A DNA stretch of 64,000 nt from Gemmatimonadales bacterium (GTDB lineage Bacteria; Gemmatimonadota; Gemmatimonadetes; Gemmatimonadales; GWC2-71-9). The DNA is taken from contig JBFXAY010000004.1 of NCBI GenBank assembly GCA_050183815.1, positions 67,051 through 131,050 of the forward strand. The letters are read 5' to 3'. Every line of letters begins with the position of its first letter. Within the stretch, counting starts at the first letter, position 1. Position numbers and translations under genes: made by a program. A model generated the notes under the pieces. That model was not told where the DNA came from, made no database searches, and worked only from the letters and a program-made list of their open reading frames with translations. Shown here in pieces: positions 30,264 to 39,923 of the stretch.

Positions 30264-32588
30264 TCAGGGCAGATTGAGGAACTGGATGAGGTGATCCTGG
30301 AAGGCGGCGCCCGTCGCCGAGGTGAGGCCGATCCACGCCCGGCCCTGCGGGTCGAGCAGATTCACGCCGCCGACGTTGGTCAGATCGATCGTCATGGTGA
30401 TCGCGGTGAAGCTCTCGATCCGCACTTCGAGGAAACCCGAGAAATAGGTGATCGTCACGTCCTGGCTCAGGCCGAGGGACATGTCCTGCGGCACGGCGGC
30501 GGAGGCCAGCGAAAAGGTGTGGCTCGCGCTGTTCCCCTGCAGGCCCCGGGTGTGGACGCTGATGTGGTTGCCGTTCGGGTCACCGGTTCCGGGGCTCGCG
30601 AACATGTCGAACTCGATCGCGAGACTCCGGGTGATGTTCGCGTAGCCCATCCCGGATCCGCCGTCGCCAAGAGCCACGCTGTCCTGATTCTGGATCACGA
30701 AGGCCAGGCCTTCGCCGCCGGACTGCCCGAACGAGTCGAGGGCCCCGCCCCGGTTGGTGATCCGAAACCCGAACTGGGCAACGAAACCACCCGCGAGGTA
30801 TCGCTTGCCGTAGGTCCATGCCGCGCCCGTCTGACCGGGGGTGGCCGCCGCCAGCAGCACGCCGCCGGCGGTGGCGCTTCCGACCGTCCGGAGCGGGGCC
30901 GTCCAGGTCGAGGTGACGTTGACCACGACGCTGTCGCGCCGGGTCGGATCGGCCGTCGCGATGGCCCGGACGACGGTCCGGCCGTTGCCGATCGCCGTCA
31001 CCTGGCCTGACCCGTTGACGGTCGCGACCGCCGGGTTGCTCGACACGAAGGTCGCGGTGGCGGGCACGTCGACGGCCACGACCACCGCCGTCGGCGTTTC
31101 AACCGATGGGATGTCGAGCCAGAGGGAGTCCTGGACGTAGGTCACCCCCACCACGCCGGCCACGCGAACGAACGCCCCGTCGCTCTTCGTCGGATCGACC
31201 GCCGACCGGGCGGTAACGAAAGCGATCCCCGGCGCGATCCCGGTCACCAGACCGGTCACCGGATTGACCGTGGCAACCGCCGGATTGCTGATCTCCCACG
31301 TCACGCCGGGACTGGTCCCGCCCACGGTCGTGACCGTCACGCCGGGCGTGAACGTCTGGCCGGGCGTGAGGCGCAGGGTGTCCGGCGTCACGGCGACGTC
31401 GATGACGCCGCGCACACTCACCATGGCGCTGTCGGCCTTGGTGGGATCGGCCGTCGCCGTCGCGACGATGGGCACGATACCGGGCGACACGCCGGTGACG
31501 ACCCCCGTCGCGCTCACCGTGGCCACCTCGACATCGCGGCTCGCCCAGGACACCGTCGTCGGCACGGTACCGGTCGCGACCACCGTCGCGGTGGCCGTGA
31601 CGGTGGCCCCGGGATCGATCGTGGCGGTCGGCGGGGTGACCGTGATGGACAACACCCCCCGCACGGTCACGACGACGGAATCGCGCCGGGATGGATCGGC
31701 CAGCGCCTCGGCAACGACCACGGTCCGCCCGGCCGCCGCTGCGGTGATCCGCCCGGTGCCGTCCACCGAGGCGATCACGGGGTTGCGGCTCAGCCAGCGG
31801 ACGCCATTGGCCACGCCGATCACGGTGACCGTGGCCCCGGGCGTGGCGTTGGCGCCCGGATCGAGCGTCAGCGAATCGGGGGCGATCGCGACCGAGACGA
31901 CGCCGCGAACCACGATCGGCCGCGAGGCGGCGATGGACGAATCCGCCACGACGGCGGCGGACAGCGCGGCGGTCCCGGCAAGCAGCGCCGTCGCCGTGCC
32001 GGTGGCCGAAACCGAAACCGTGGCCGGCGCACTGCTCTGCCAGCGGATCGCGAGGCCGCCGATCACGGCACCCTGGCGATCCCTCACCTCGGCCGACCCG
32101 GCGGCGCTCTGGCCGACGTTCAGCGTGTCGGGCAGGCCTGACAGGACCAGCGAGCCCGGCGCCCGGAGGACTACCGGCGGCGTCGTGACCACGCTGCCCG
32201 GCCGCACCACGAACGGACCGATCTCGTGGCGGTCGACGACATCGCCCTGCGCGCTCAGGAGCGAAAGTCGGATCCGGACGGGACAGCCGTCGCCCGCCTC
32301 CCGCGCCGGATCCGCAATGCAGTCGGCGACATCGAGACCGAGGTCGACCTGATCCGTCGGACCGGCGCCGAGGACCTTGGTAACCTCGGGAAACGGAACC
32401 TCGCTGTTGCTGCGGAGGTAGTACGGTGCCGCAACGATCGTCTCGCCGGCGGCGCCGCCGGTGACCGCCAGCGCCAGCTGGATCGGCACCGGGCCGGTCC
32501 CATCGGGTTCGGTACACGCCGCGAGCAGGAGAGCGGCCGTCGTCGCGGCCGCGCCGACCGCGCGAGCCCGGAGCGGGTGGCGGATCAT
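30264..32588 (-). CDS. Surface lipoprotein: 5 tandem Big_2 Ig-like domains + C-terminal L-type (legume-like) lectin domain
   Basis: Lipobox LLLAAC. Five repeats of about 83 aa (…V.V.P..L.L.PG…V.W.S.NP.VATV…G.VT….G….). Lectin motifs GGEGLAFVIQN, GNHISVHT, AWIGLTSATGAAFQDHLIQF. Confidence 0.75.
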   Translation of the reverse strand: MIRHPLRARAVGAAATTAALLLAACTEPDGTGPVPIQLALAVTGGAAGETIVAAPYYLRSNSEVPFPEVTKVLGAGPTDQVDLGLDVADCIADPAREAGDGCPVRIRLSLLSAQGDVVDRHEIGPFVVRPGSVVTTPPVVLRAPGSLVLSGLPDTLNVGQSAAGSAEVRDRQGAVIGGLAIRWQSSAPATVSVSATGTATALLAGTAALSAAVVADSSIAASRPIVVRGVVSVAIAPDSLTLDPGANATPGATVTVIGVANGVRWLSRNPVIASVDGTGRITAAAAGRTVVVAEALADPSRRDSVVVTVRGVLSITVTPPTATIDPGATVTATATVVATGTVPTTVSWASRDVEVATVSATGVVTGVSPGIVPIVATATADPTKADSAMVSVRGVIDVAVTPDTLRLTPGQTFTPGVTVTTVGGTSPGVTWEISNPAVATVNPVTGLVTGIAPGIAFVTARSAVDPTKSDGAFVRVAGVVGVTYVQDSLWLDIPSVETPTAVVVAVDVPATATFVSSNPAVATVNGSGQVTAIGNGRTVVRAIATADPTRRDSVVVNVTSTWTAPLRTVGSATAGGVLLAAATPGQTGAAWTYGKRYLAGGFVAQFGFRITNRGGALDSFGQSGGEGLAFVIQNQDSVALGDGGSGMGYANITRSLAIEFDMFASPGTGDPNGNHISVHTRGLQGNSASHTFSLASAAVPQDMSLGLSQDVTITYFSGFLEVRIESFTAITMTIDLTNVGGVNLLDPQGRAWIGLTSATGAAFQDHLIQFLNLP
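30909..32156 (-). repeat. Tandem Big_2 domain-encoding repeats (5 units, ~250 nt each)
   Basis: Protein-level periodicity across aa ~145-560 of the 774-aa ORF. Units end ...DSVVVTVRG / DSAMVSVRG / DGAFVRVAG / DSVVVNVTS. Confidence 0.7.
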
Positions 32589-33757
32589 CGAATGGTTACC
32601 GTCAGACCCGCGCCGAATCCGGAGACCGACGACTCGGCCGGCCCGGCGTCGAGCCGCCCTCCGCCGATGCTGGCAAAGGGCTCGACGGTGGCCCGCCCCG
32701 AGCGGAGCGTGAGGCCCAGGGTCAGGGTGGCGAGGTTGGCCGCGGCAGTCGTGATGGTCTGGTCCACCTCGAGACCGCCGTCGAGACGGCCCTCCAGCCG
32801 GGCGAACACGCTGGCCGCCCGGCCGACCGCAACCGCGCCGTCAGCGGCAGCCATCAGATAGTTGCCCGAGGAACCGGCCACCTTCCGGCCGTCGATGCCC
32901 GCGAAGCGGCTCCGGTAGCGATCAGCCACCGTGAAACCGAGCCGTTCCATGCCACGCGGGGCGAGGTCCAGGTACGCCGTGGCGGAGAATTGCGGGCCCA
33001 GCTGATAGGTACCCTCGACCGCGCCGCCCGGCTGGTCGAGCGACAACCGGTCCTTGCCGTAGATGTCCGCCGCGACCAGCAGCGAAAATTTGCCCGCGCC
33101 GACCAGCCGGTCCGCGCCGAACGAGAAGCGAACGGCTGGTCCGGGGCGCAGGTCGGTCGGCGCCGCGGCGCCGGCCAGCCGGGCCTCCACCGGGGAGTAA
33201 CTACCGCGAATCTCGACCGACGACCCGAAGGCGACACCCCACTCGCCGGCCGACATCGCGTACACGAGCCCGGCGGTCCCGCCCATCCCCAAGCCCAGGC
33301 TGGGCACCGGCATCCCAAGGGCCGGCGTGGCGAGCACCCGGAGGACGTCGAGCTGGCGGCGCGAGAGCGCGGTCTTGCCGGTTGGCACATTGAGACCGGC
33401 GGTGACGAGCAGCTGATCCCCGACGATCCGGCCGACCGCCCGGACCCGGATGTCGGTCAACCCGGCGAGATCGAGGTCGCGGCCGTCGGCGGTGCGGACC
33501 CAGCCGCGCGCGACGGCGCCACCGACATCGACGGTCCAGCGGGCGCTCTCGAACGAGACCGAGACCGGAAACGCGATCTGGCTCACGCGGCCGACGTCGA
33601 TCGAATCCTGGGTCAGGGCGTCGGCGAACTTCCACGACACGAAGGACGGCGTGAGGACCGTGCGGGCATCGCTGATGAATCGCTCCTGCGCCGGGAGCGC
33701 CCGGGCGCCGCCGGCCAGCAGCGCGAGGAACAGCAGGCCACGGCGCGAGCGGATCAT
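32585..33757 (-). CDS. Putative outer-membrane beta-barrel protein
   Basis: Signal peptide LLFLALLAGGARALPAQ. About 370 aa of alternating strands rich in G/A/S/T with aromatic girdle residues. 4-nt overlaps with both neighbours. Confidence 0.6.
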   Translation of the reverse strand: MIRSRRGLLFLALLAGGARALPAQERFISDARTVLTPSFVSWKFADALTQDSIDVGRVSQIAFPVSVSFESARWTVDVGGAVARGWVRTADGRDLDLAGLTDIRVRAVGRIVGDQLLVTAGLNVPTGKTALSRRQLDVLRVLATPALGMPVPSLGLGMGGTAGLVYAMSAGEWGVAFGSSVEIRGSYSPVEARLAGAAAPTDLRPGPAVRFSFGADRLVGAGKFSLLVAADIYGKDRLSLDQPGGAVEGTYQLGPQFSATAYLDLAPRGMERLGFTVADRYRSRFAGIDGRKVAGSSGNYLMAAADGAVAVGRAASVFARLEGRLDGGLEVDQTITTAAANLATLTLGLTLRSGRATVEPFASIGGGRLDAGPAESSVSGFGAGLTVTIR

Positions 33758-34677
33758 GGCAGCTGCAGCACGATGATGATCACCGCGTCCAGGCGGAGCC
33801 GGAATGCGGGGTCGGCGGCGTCGACGCGGGTCGGCAAGGTCCGCCGGTTGATCCCCTCGGCCGCGAGCAGGCCGGCGCGCAGCACGGAGGGCGACTCGGG
33901 TCCGGCCGCGGCGGCCGAGCCGAGAGCGTCGAGCCGGGCGGCCGGGGCGGCAAAGTTCGGGTCGAGCCGCCGGGCCGTGCGATACTCGGCGCGGGCCTGG
34001 CCGAAGTCGCCGGTTGCCTCGGCGCGCAATCCGCGGCTGTAGGCGATGAGCGCGCCGAGGTCGCCGGTCGGCCGTTCCTCGATCGCGGCCCGTTCCGCCG
34101 GGGAAAGGCTGATGCCGAGGCGCGAGAAGATGTTGAACGCGAGTGCCTTCTCGGCGTCGAGCACGTCGCGCAACGCGGCGGCGGTGCCCTGAACCGGACT
34201 CACGGTACCCGTCACCACATCGCCCACCCGGCCGGCCAACTGAAGACGGGTCTGGTTGGTGGCCAGCAGGGCACCGGAGACGATGCGCCGCGCGCCGACG
34301 AGCCGGCCCATCCGGGGTGCGGTGGCGGAGTCGACGAAGCCCCGGGAGGCGAGCCCGGTTTCCCGGAGAAACGCCGCGACCCGAAGGCGATCGACGACGC
34401 GGAGCCGGCTGCTCCGGGCCAGGTCGGTCGCGAGGAAATCCGCGAGACCGTATCCGAGCGCGTTGAGTGAGGTGTCGGCCGCCGCTACCCGGAACGGAGC
34501 GACGCCGATCGTCTGGGCCGGGATCGACGCGGGGTTGAAGGTGCGCTCGGCCGCGATGGCCGCCCGGACCGCGGAATCGGCGGCGGCGACGGGACCGGGA
34601 ACCGACGCGACCCGACCGGGGGCACAGGCCGCCAGGCTGAACAGGCCGACGCCAACAACCGCAGAACTGATGCGCAT
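33754..34677 (-). CDS. Lipoprotein with LpoB/TolB_N-like alpha/beta domain and C-terminal TPR
   Basis: ATG 34677 gives MRISSAVVGVGLFSLAAC (lipobox). IGVAPFRV...LGYGLADFLATDLARSSRLRVVDR pattern. TPR-like tail (LIAYSRGLRAEATGDFGQARAEYRTARRLDPNF). Confidence 0.6.
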   Translation of the reverse strand: MRISSAVVGVGLFSLAACAPGRVASVPGPVAAADSAVRAAIAAERTFNPASIPAQTIGVAPFRVAAADTSLNALGYGLADFLATDLARSSRLRVVDRLRVAAFLRETGLASRGFVDSATAPRMGRLVGARRIVSGALLATNQTRLQLAGRVGDVVTGTVSPVQGTAAALRDVLDAEKALAFNIFSRLGISLSPAERAAIEERPTGDLGALIAYSRGLRAEATGDFGQARAEYRTARRLDPNFAAPAARLDALGSAAAAGPESPSVLRAGLLAAEGINRRTLPTRVDAADPAFRLRLDAVIIIVLQLP

Positions 34678-34780
34678 GCCGCTCCGAATGATGCGGGAAC
34701 CGACGCCGCCCGGATGCCGCCAGGCGACCCAGAGATAATACCGGGCGCTCCGATCCGGCCCAAGGGTGGCCGGATTCCGA

Positions 34781-35383
34781 TCAATGCTTGCCGCGCCGAC
34801 CGGGCTCGAGCAGGCGGAGTGCGGCGTCGAGATCGCGGTCGAGCCAGTCGGCGGCGCGGCCTTTTCGAAAGGCCGCCCAGGCCAGGAGCGAGCCGACGGC
34901 AGTCGAATGGAGCACCCGGGCAACGGCGTCGGGGTCGGGACAACGAATGGCACCGGCGCGTTCGGCCTCGGCGAGCAGCGCCGCCATGAGGGCGAGGTTT
35001 CGGGTGGTGCTCTCCACCACGTAGCGGCGCAGCGTGGCGTGGGCCAGGTCGATCTCGAGGTAGGCGGCGAAGCTGTTGGTCAGCGCCTGGGGCGAGGGCG
35101 CCATCATCGCGAAGCAGCGGAGCATTTCCCGGACGATGTCGAGCGGGGTGCGGCCCGCGGCGCGGAGGCTCGCGACCAGGCTGCCGAGATCCCCCGCGCC
35201 CTTCGAGAGTTCGACCAGCAGCCGGTCCTTCGAGCCGTAGCGCTGGATCAGCGTGGCGGGCGACAGGCCCGCCTCGCGGGCGATGGCGGCGAGGGTGAGG
35301 CGCGAGGGGCCGAGCCGGGCGATGACGCGGGTGAACGCCATGGCGACGGCGGCATCGTCGACGGTCCGGGGACGGGGCGACAT
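34781..35383 (-). CDS. TetR/AcrR family transcriptional regulator
   Basis: N-terminal HTH AFTRVIARLGPSRLTLAAIAREAGLSPATLIQRYGSK. About 200 aa, helical. ATG 35383 is preferred over 35506. Confidence 0.85.
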   Translation of the reverse strand: MSPRPRTVDDAAVAMAFTRVIARLGPSRLTLAAIAREAGLSPATLIQRYGSKDRLLVELSKGAGDLGSLVASLRAAGRTPLDIVREMLRCFAMMAPSPQALTNSFAAYLEIDLAHATLRRYVVESTTRNLALMAALLAEAERAGAIRCPDPDAVARVLHSTAVGSLLAWAAFRKGRAADWLDRDLDAALRLLEPGRRGKH

Positions 35384-35384
35384 C

Positions 35385-35437
35385 TTGACTCCGAGCGGGA
35401 ACGATTCAATAATAAACAAACGATCATTTATAAACAA
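35385..35437. promoter_or_regulatory. Overlapping divergent sigma70-like promoters plus tandem 18-19 bp direct repeat (candidate TetR operator)
   Basis: Plus strand: TTGACT(35385-90)-17 nt-AATAAT(35408-13). Minus strand: TTGTTT(35437-32)-17 nt-TATTAT(35414-09). Direct repeat ACGATTCAATAATAAACAA / ACGATCATTTATAAACAA (35401-35437). Confidence 0.5.
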
Positions 35438-35453
35438 CTCAGCGGAGGCCCCC

Positions 35454-36044
35454 ATGCCCGCCACTCCGGACGCCCCGACCCGCCTGGTTCGCCATGCCGT
35501 GGCCATGAGTCTCGACGGCTACATCGCCGGGCCGGGCGGCGAGTACGACTGGATCGTGATGGACCCGACCATCGACTTCGCCGCCATCATGGCGCGCTAC
35601 GACACCTATCTGATCGGGCGGAAGACGTTCGCGGCGGGCGGGGCCGCGATGTTGGGCGGCTCGTCGGTGGCCGTGTTTTCGCGAACGCTCCGGGCCGAGG
35701 ACCATCCGGGCCTCCGGATCGTGGCGGACGACGTGGCGGGTGCCGTGGCCGACCTCCGCGCCCGCCCCGGCAAGGACCTCTGGCTCTTCGGCGGCGGCGA
35801 GCTGTTCCGGAGTTTCCTCGAACTCGGCCTGGTGGACGAGGTAGAGGTGGCGGTGGTGCCGGTCCTGCTGGGCGGCGGGATCCCGCTGTTGCCGGCCCCG
35901 GCGCGGAGAACCACTCTTGAACTCAAGGCCTCCAGGACGTATCCCTCTGGCATCGTGAGTCTCGAGTACCGGGTGGTCCGGCCCGCGGAGGGACCGCCTT
36001 CCGGGCGGAAGCACGCGCGGACCGGGAGTTTGAAGCGGCGCTGA
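35454..36044 (+). CDS. Dihydrofolate reductase family protein (RibD C-terminal domain)
   Basis: LVRHAVAMSLDGYIAGPGGEYDW, YDTYLIGRKTF and DLWLFGGGELFRSFL are typical of the RibD_C/DHFR-like family. GGAGG lies 8 nt upstream of the ATG. Confidence 0.8.
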   Translation: MPATPDAPTRLVRHAVAMSLDGYIAGPGGEYDWIVMDPTIDFAAIMARYDTYLIGRKTFAAGGAAMLGGSSVAVFSRTLRAEDHPGLRIVADDVAGAVADLRARPGKDLWLFGGGELFRSFLELGLVDEVEVAVVPVLLGGGIPLLPAPARRTTLELKASRTYPSGIVSLEYRVVRPAEGPPSGRKHARTGSLKRR

Positions 36045-36058
36045 CGCGAGGAGCACAC

Positions 36059-37270
36059 GTGGGGCGAATCGTCAAAGTCGGGCTGATCCTGCTGGTGCTG
36101 GTCCTCGCCGGGGCCGGCTGGTACGTGTGGCGGCTGATGCCGAAGTTCCCCGCCCGGCCGTTCACGGATCTCGGGCCGTGGCCGGTCGCCACCCGGGAGT
36201 TCGACTGGACGGACTCGGCCCGGGCCGAACCGTTCACCCGGAACCCGGCGGACCGGCGGCGGCTGACGGTCCAGGTGTGGTACCCGACGATCGCCGGCGC
36301 CACCGGGGACACCGCTCCCTACCTGCTCCGGCCTGACGAATTTGCCGATCGTTTCGGGGCCAAGGCCGCCCGGAAGCCCCGCACCAATTCGATCTACGAA
36401 GGTCCCATCGCCGCCGGCGACTCGGCGTTTCCGGTGCTGGTCTACCATCACGGCGGGCTCTGGACCCGGTGGAGCGCCACCTTCGTGACGGAGTGGCTGG
36501 CGAGCCACGGATATGTCGTGTTCTCCGTCGAGCACTTCGGCTTCAACCAGACGGCCGCGTACGCCGATGGGGCGCCGTATCAGGCGGACACCCTGCTCTT
36601 CCCCGGCGAAACCGGGAACGGGCGGGCCGATGCGTTGGCCTCATGGGCCTACCTCGACAATGTCGTCTTCGGCGTCTGGGAAGCGGACGGCCGGTTCGTG
36701 CTCGACCGGATCGCCGCGCTCGATGCAGCGGGGCCGTTCGCGGGCCGGCTCGATCTCGACCGCATCGGCATGCTCGGATGGTCCTTCGGCGGCGCGGTGT
36801 CGATCCAGCTTTCGGCGACCGACTCACGGGTCAAGGCCGCGGTGGACCATGACGGCCAGTTGTTCGGCTCGGTGCGGGAGACCGGGACGACGCGTCCGGT
36901 GCTCCAGTTCCATCACGGGTACGACGACGCACTCGACTACCCCGAAAAGGACCGCGCCACGGTCAGGGAACTCATCGCGATGACCGAGGCGGCCGACAGC
37001 CAGACCCGGGCGCGGTCGGCCGGACCCTGGTACGAGATCGTGGTGGCCGGGACGGAGCACCTCGATTTCTCCGACCTGGCCCTGTTCTATCCGCGAAAGC
37101 CCGAACGGATCGAGCCGCATCGGGGCCACGAGCTGATCAGGAACTACACCCTGCAGTTCTTCGACCATTACCTGCGCGGCCGTCCGGCGCCGTTGCTCGC
37201 GCCGGGTGCTCCTCCCCCCGCCGAGTTGACCATCCGGACCGCGCGGGTCCCCGCTGACTCCACTGCCTGA
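36059..37270 (+). CDS. Membrane-anchored alpha/beta hydrolase (PAF-acetylhydrolase/lipase-like)
   Basis: GTG start. N-terminal TM VGLILLVLVLAGAGWYVW. Nucleophile elbow GWSFGG. Asp/His-containing C-terminal region (DHDG, GTEHLDFSD). Confidence 0.75.
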   Translation: MGRIVKVGLILLVLVLAGAGWYVWRLMPKFPARPFTDLGPWPVATREFDWTDSARAEPFTRNPADRRRLTVQVWYPTIAGATGDTAPYLLRPDEFADRFGAKAARKPRTNSIYEGPIAAGDSAFPVLVYHHGGLWTRWSATFVTEWLASHGYVVFSVEHFGFNQTAAYADGAPYQADTLLFPGETGNGRADALASWAYLDNVVFGVWEADGRFVLDRIAALDAAGPFAGRLDLDRIGMLGWSFGGAVSIQLSATDSRVKAAVDHDGQLFGSVRETGTTRPVLQFHHGYDDALDYPEKDRATVRELIAMTEAADSQTRARSAGPWYEIVVAGTEHLDFSDLALFYPRKPERIEPHRGHELIRNYTLQFFDHYLRGRPAPLLAPGAPPPAELTIRTARVPADSTA

Positions 37271-37283
37271 ACGATCCGGCACC

Positions 37284-38318
<1,035 letters not shown>

Positions 38319-38381
38319 GCAGACCCGGGTCGTTCGGCAGACATCACCCGTCGCCGGTGGCGGCGGCCCGGCCCCGGCGGG

Positions 38382-38837
38382 TCAGCCGAGGGCCCGCCGC
38401 AGGCAGACCGCGGAAGCCGGGCAGAGCGCCGCGAACTCCGCCGACCGGCGGACGGCCTCCGGCGCCAGGTCGCGGCCAATGACTTCATAGCGGCGGCGGG
38501 CGAAGTAGTCCGCGGCGGTGGTGGTGAGCAGATACAGCGTTCCGATTCCGGTCGCGGCGGCATGGGCTTCCAGCGCGGTGACCAGGCGGCCGCCGATCCC
38601 GTGGGAGCGGCGATCCGGATCGACCGCGAGCGAGCGGAGCAGGCCGGCCGCTCCGTATCGTTCGAGCCCGATGGTGCCGATGACCCGGCCGCCCTCACGG
38701 GCAAGGAGGAAATCGGCAAGGGGCGGATGCAGGTCCGCCACCGGCAGCGCGTTGGCGGTCAGCAGGGCGGTTACGGCGCCGAAATCCTCGGCCCCGGCCG
38801 GGCCGATCGAAACCGGCGTTGTCGTCGAGTCGGTCAC
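38382..38837 (-). CDS. GNAT family N-acetyltransferase (ArsN2-like size/pattern)
   Basis: GTG 38837. RVIGTIGLERYG..GLLRSLAVDPDRRSHGIGGRLVTALE acetyl-CoA motif. 151 aa. Confidence 0.75.
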   Translation of the reverse strand: MTDSTTTPVSIGPAGAEDFGAVTALLTANALPVADLHPPLADFLLAREGGRVIGTIGLERYGAAGLLRSLAVDPDRRSHGIGGRLVTALEAHAAATGIGTLYLLTTTAADYFARRRYEVIGRDLAPEAVRRSAEFAALCPASAVCLRRALG

Positions 38838-38881
38838 GCGAGTCTCCCGAGGTCCGGGCGGAAGATAGCCCTTCGAACCGT

Positions 38882-39799
38882 TCAGCCCGCGTACAGGCTG
38901 CTCAGATACTTCATCCCGGAGTCGCAGGCGAGCGTCACCACCGTTCCCTCCGGACCGAGTCGCTCCGCCAGCCGGAGGGCAGCGGTCACGTTGGATCCCG
39001 TCGACGTGCCGGCGAAGATACCTTCCTCCCGGGCCAGCCGCCGGGCCATGGCGGCCGCGTCGTCCGAGGACACCAGCTGGATCTCGTCGGCAAGATCGTT
39101 CGACCAGAGGGGCATGACGAATCCGGGACCGGTGCCCTCGATCCGGTGCGAACCGGCGGCACCGCCAGACAGGACCGGCGACTCCGCCGGCTCGACGGCC
39201 ACGATCCGGATGCCGGCATGGTGGTGCCGCAGGCGGGTGGCGGTCCCCCGGATCGATCCGGCCGTTCCCACGGTCTGGACAAAGGCATTCGCCCGGCCGC
39301 CGGTCTGCTCCCAGATCTCGTCCGCCAGTGCCGCGTAACTCCCGGCCTGATCGGGATTGTGGAATTGGTTGGTCCAATACGAGCCCGGCGTTTCGGCCAG
39401 CCGGCGCGCCGTCTCGATCATCTCGAGGGTCAGTTCCCTCGTGGTGCCGCCCGTGGGACTCGGCACCAGGGTCAGCCGGGCGCCCAAGGCTTCCATGTGA
39501 GCGCGCTTTTCCCGGCTGAAGGCGTCGGAGGTGACGATCCGGAGCGGAATCCGCTTGACCGAGCAGACGAAGGCCAACGACACGCCGGTACTGCCGCCGG
39601 TGTACTCGACGACCGAACCTCCCGGGGCCAGCCGCCCGTCGGCTTCCGCAGCCGCCACCATGGCCAACGCCATCCGGTCCTTCATGCTGCCGGTCGGGTT
39701 CTCGCACTCGAGTTTGAGGAACACGCGGGCGGATCCGGCGGGAGCGACGTGACGCAGCGGCACCAGCCGGGTCCGGCCGATGGCGTCGAGCATGGACAT
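38882..39799 (-). CDS. cysK: Cysteine synthase / PLP-dependent beta-replacement enzyme (CysK/CysM family)
   Basis: PLP-lysine motif ENPTGSMKDR. GTGGS-type loop TVGTAGSIRG. 305 aa. Confidence 0.9.
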   Translation of the reverse strand: MSMLDAIGRTRLVPLRHVAPAGSARVFLKLECENPTGSMKDRMALAMVAAAEADGRLAPGGSVVEYTGGSTGVSLAFVCSVKRIPLRIVTSDAFSREKRAHMEALGARLTLVPSPTGGTTRELTLEMIETARRLAETPGSYWTNQFHNPDQAGSYAALADEIWEQTGGRANAFVQTVGTAGSIRGTATRLRHHHAGIRIVAVEPAESPVLSGGAAGSHRIEGTGPGFVMPLWSNDLADEIQLVSSDDAAAMARRLAREEGIFAGTSTGSNVTAALRLAERLGPEGTVVTLACDSGMKYLSSLYAG

Positions 39800-39824
39800 G
39801 GAAGCTCCCTATAACTGGAAACGA

Positions 39825-39855
39825 CGTCGGGCCCGCGCGATTCGCGGGCCCGACG
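39825..39855 (-). terminator. Strong GC hairpin (15-bp stem, 3-nt loop; or 13-bp stem, 5-nt loop) downstream of the small-ORF pair
   Basis: CGTCGGGCCCGCGCG-att-CGCGCGGGCCCGACG-type perfect inverted repeat. On the minus strand it is followed by UCGUUUCC. It sits between ORF 39924-40130 and the cysK start. Confidence 0.5.
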
Positions 39856-39923
39856 GCGTCCCGACCGGTGATCAACGGAATCCGCTGACCTCCACTAGTC
39901 AACGGGCCCCGGGTTGGTTCCGG

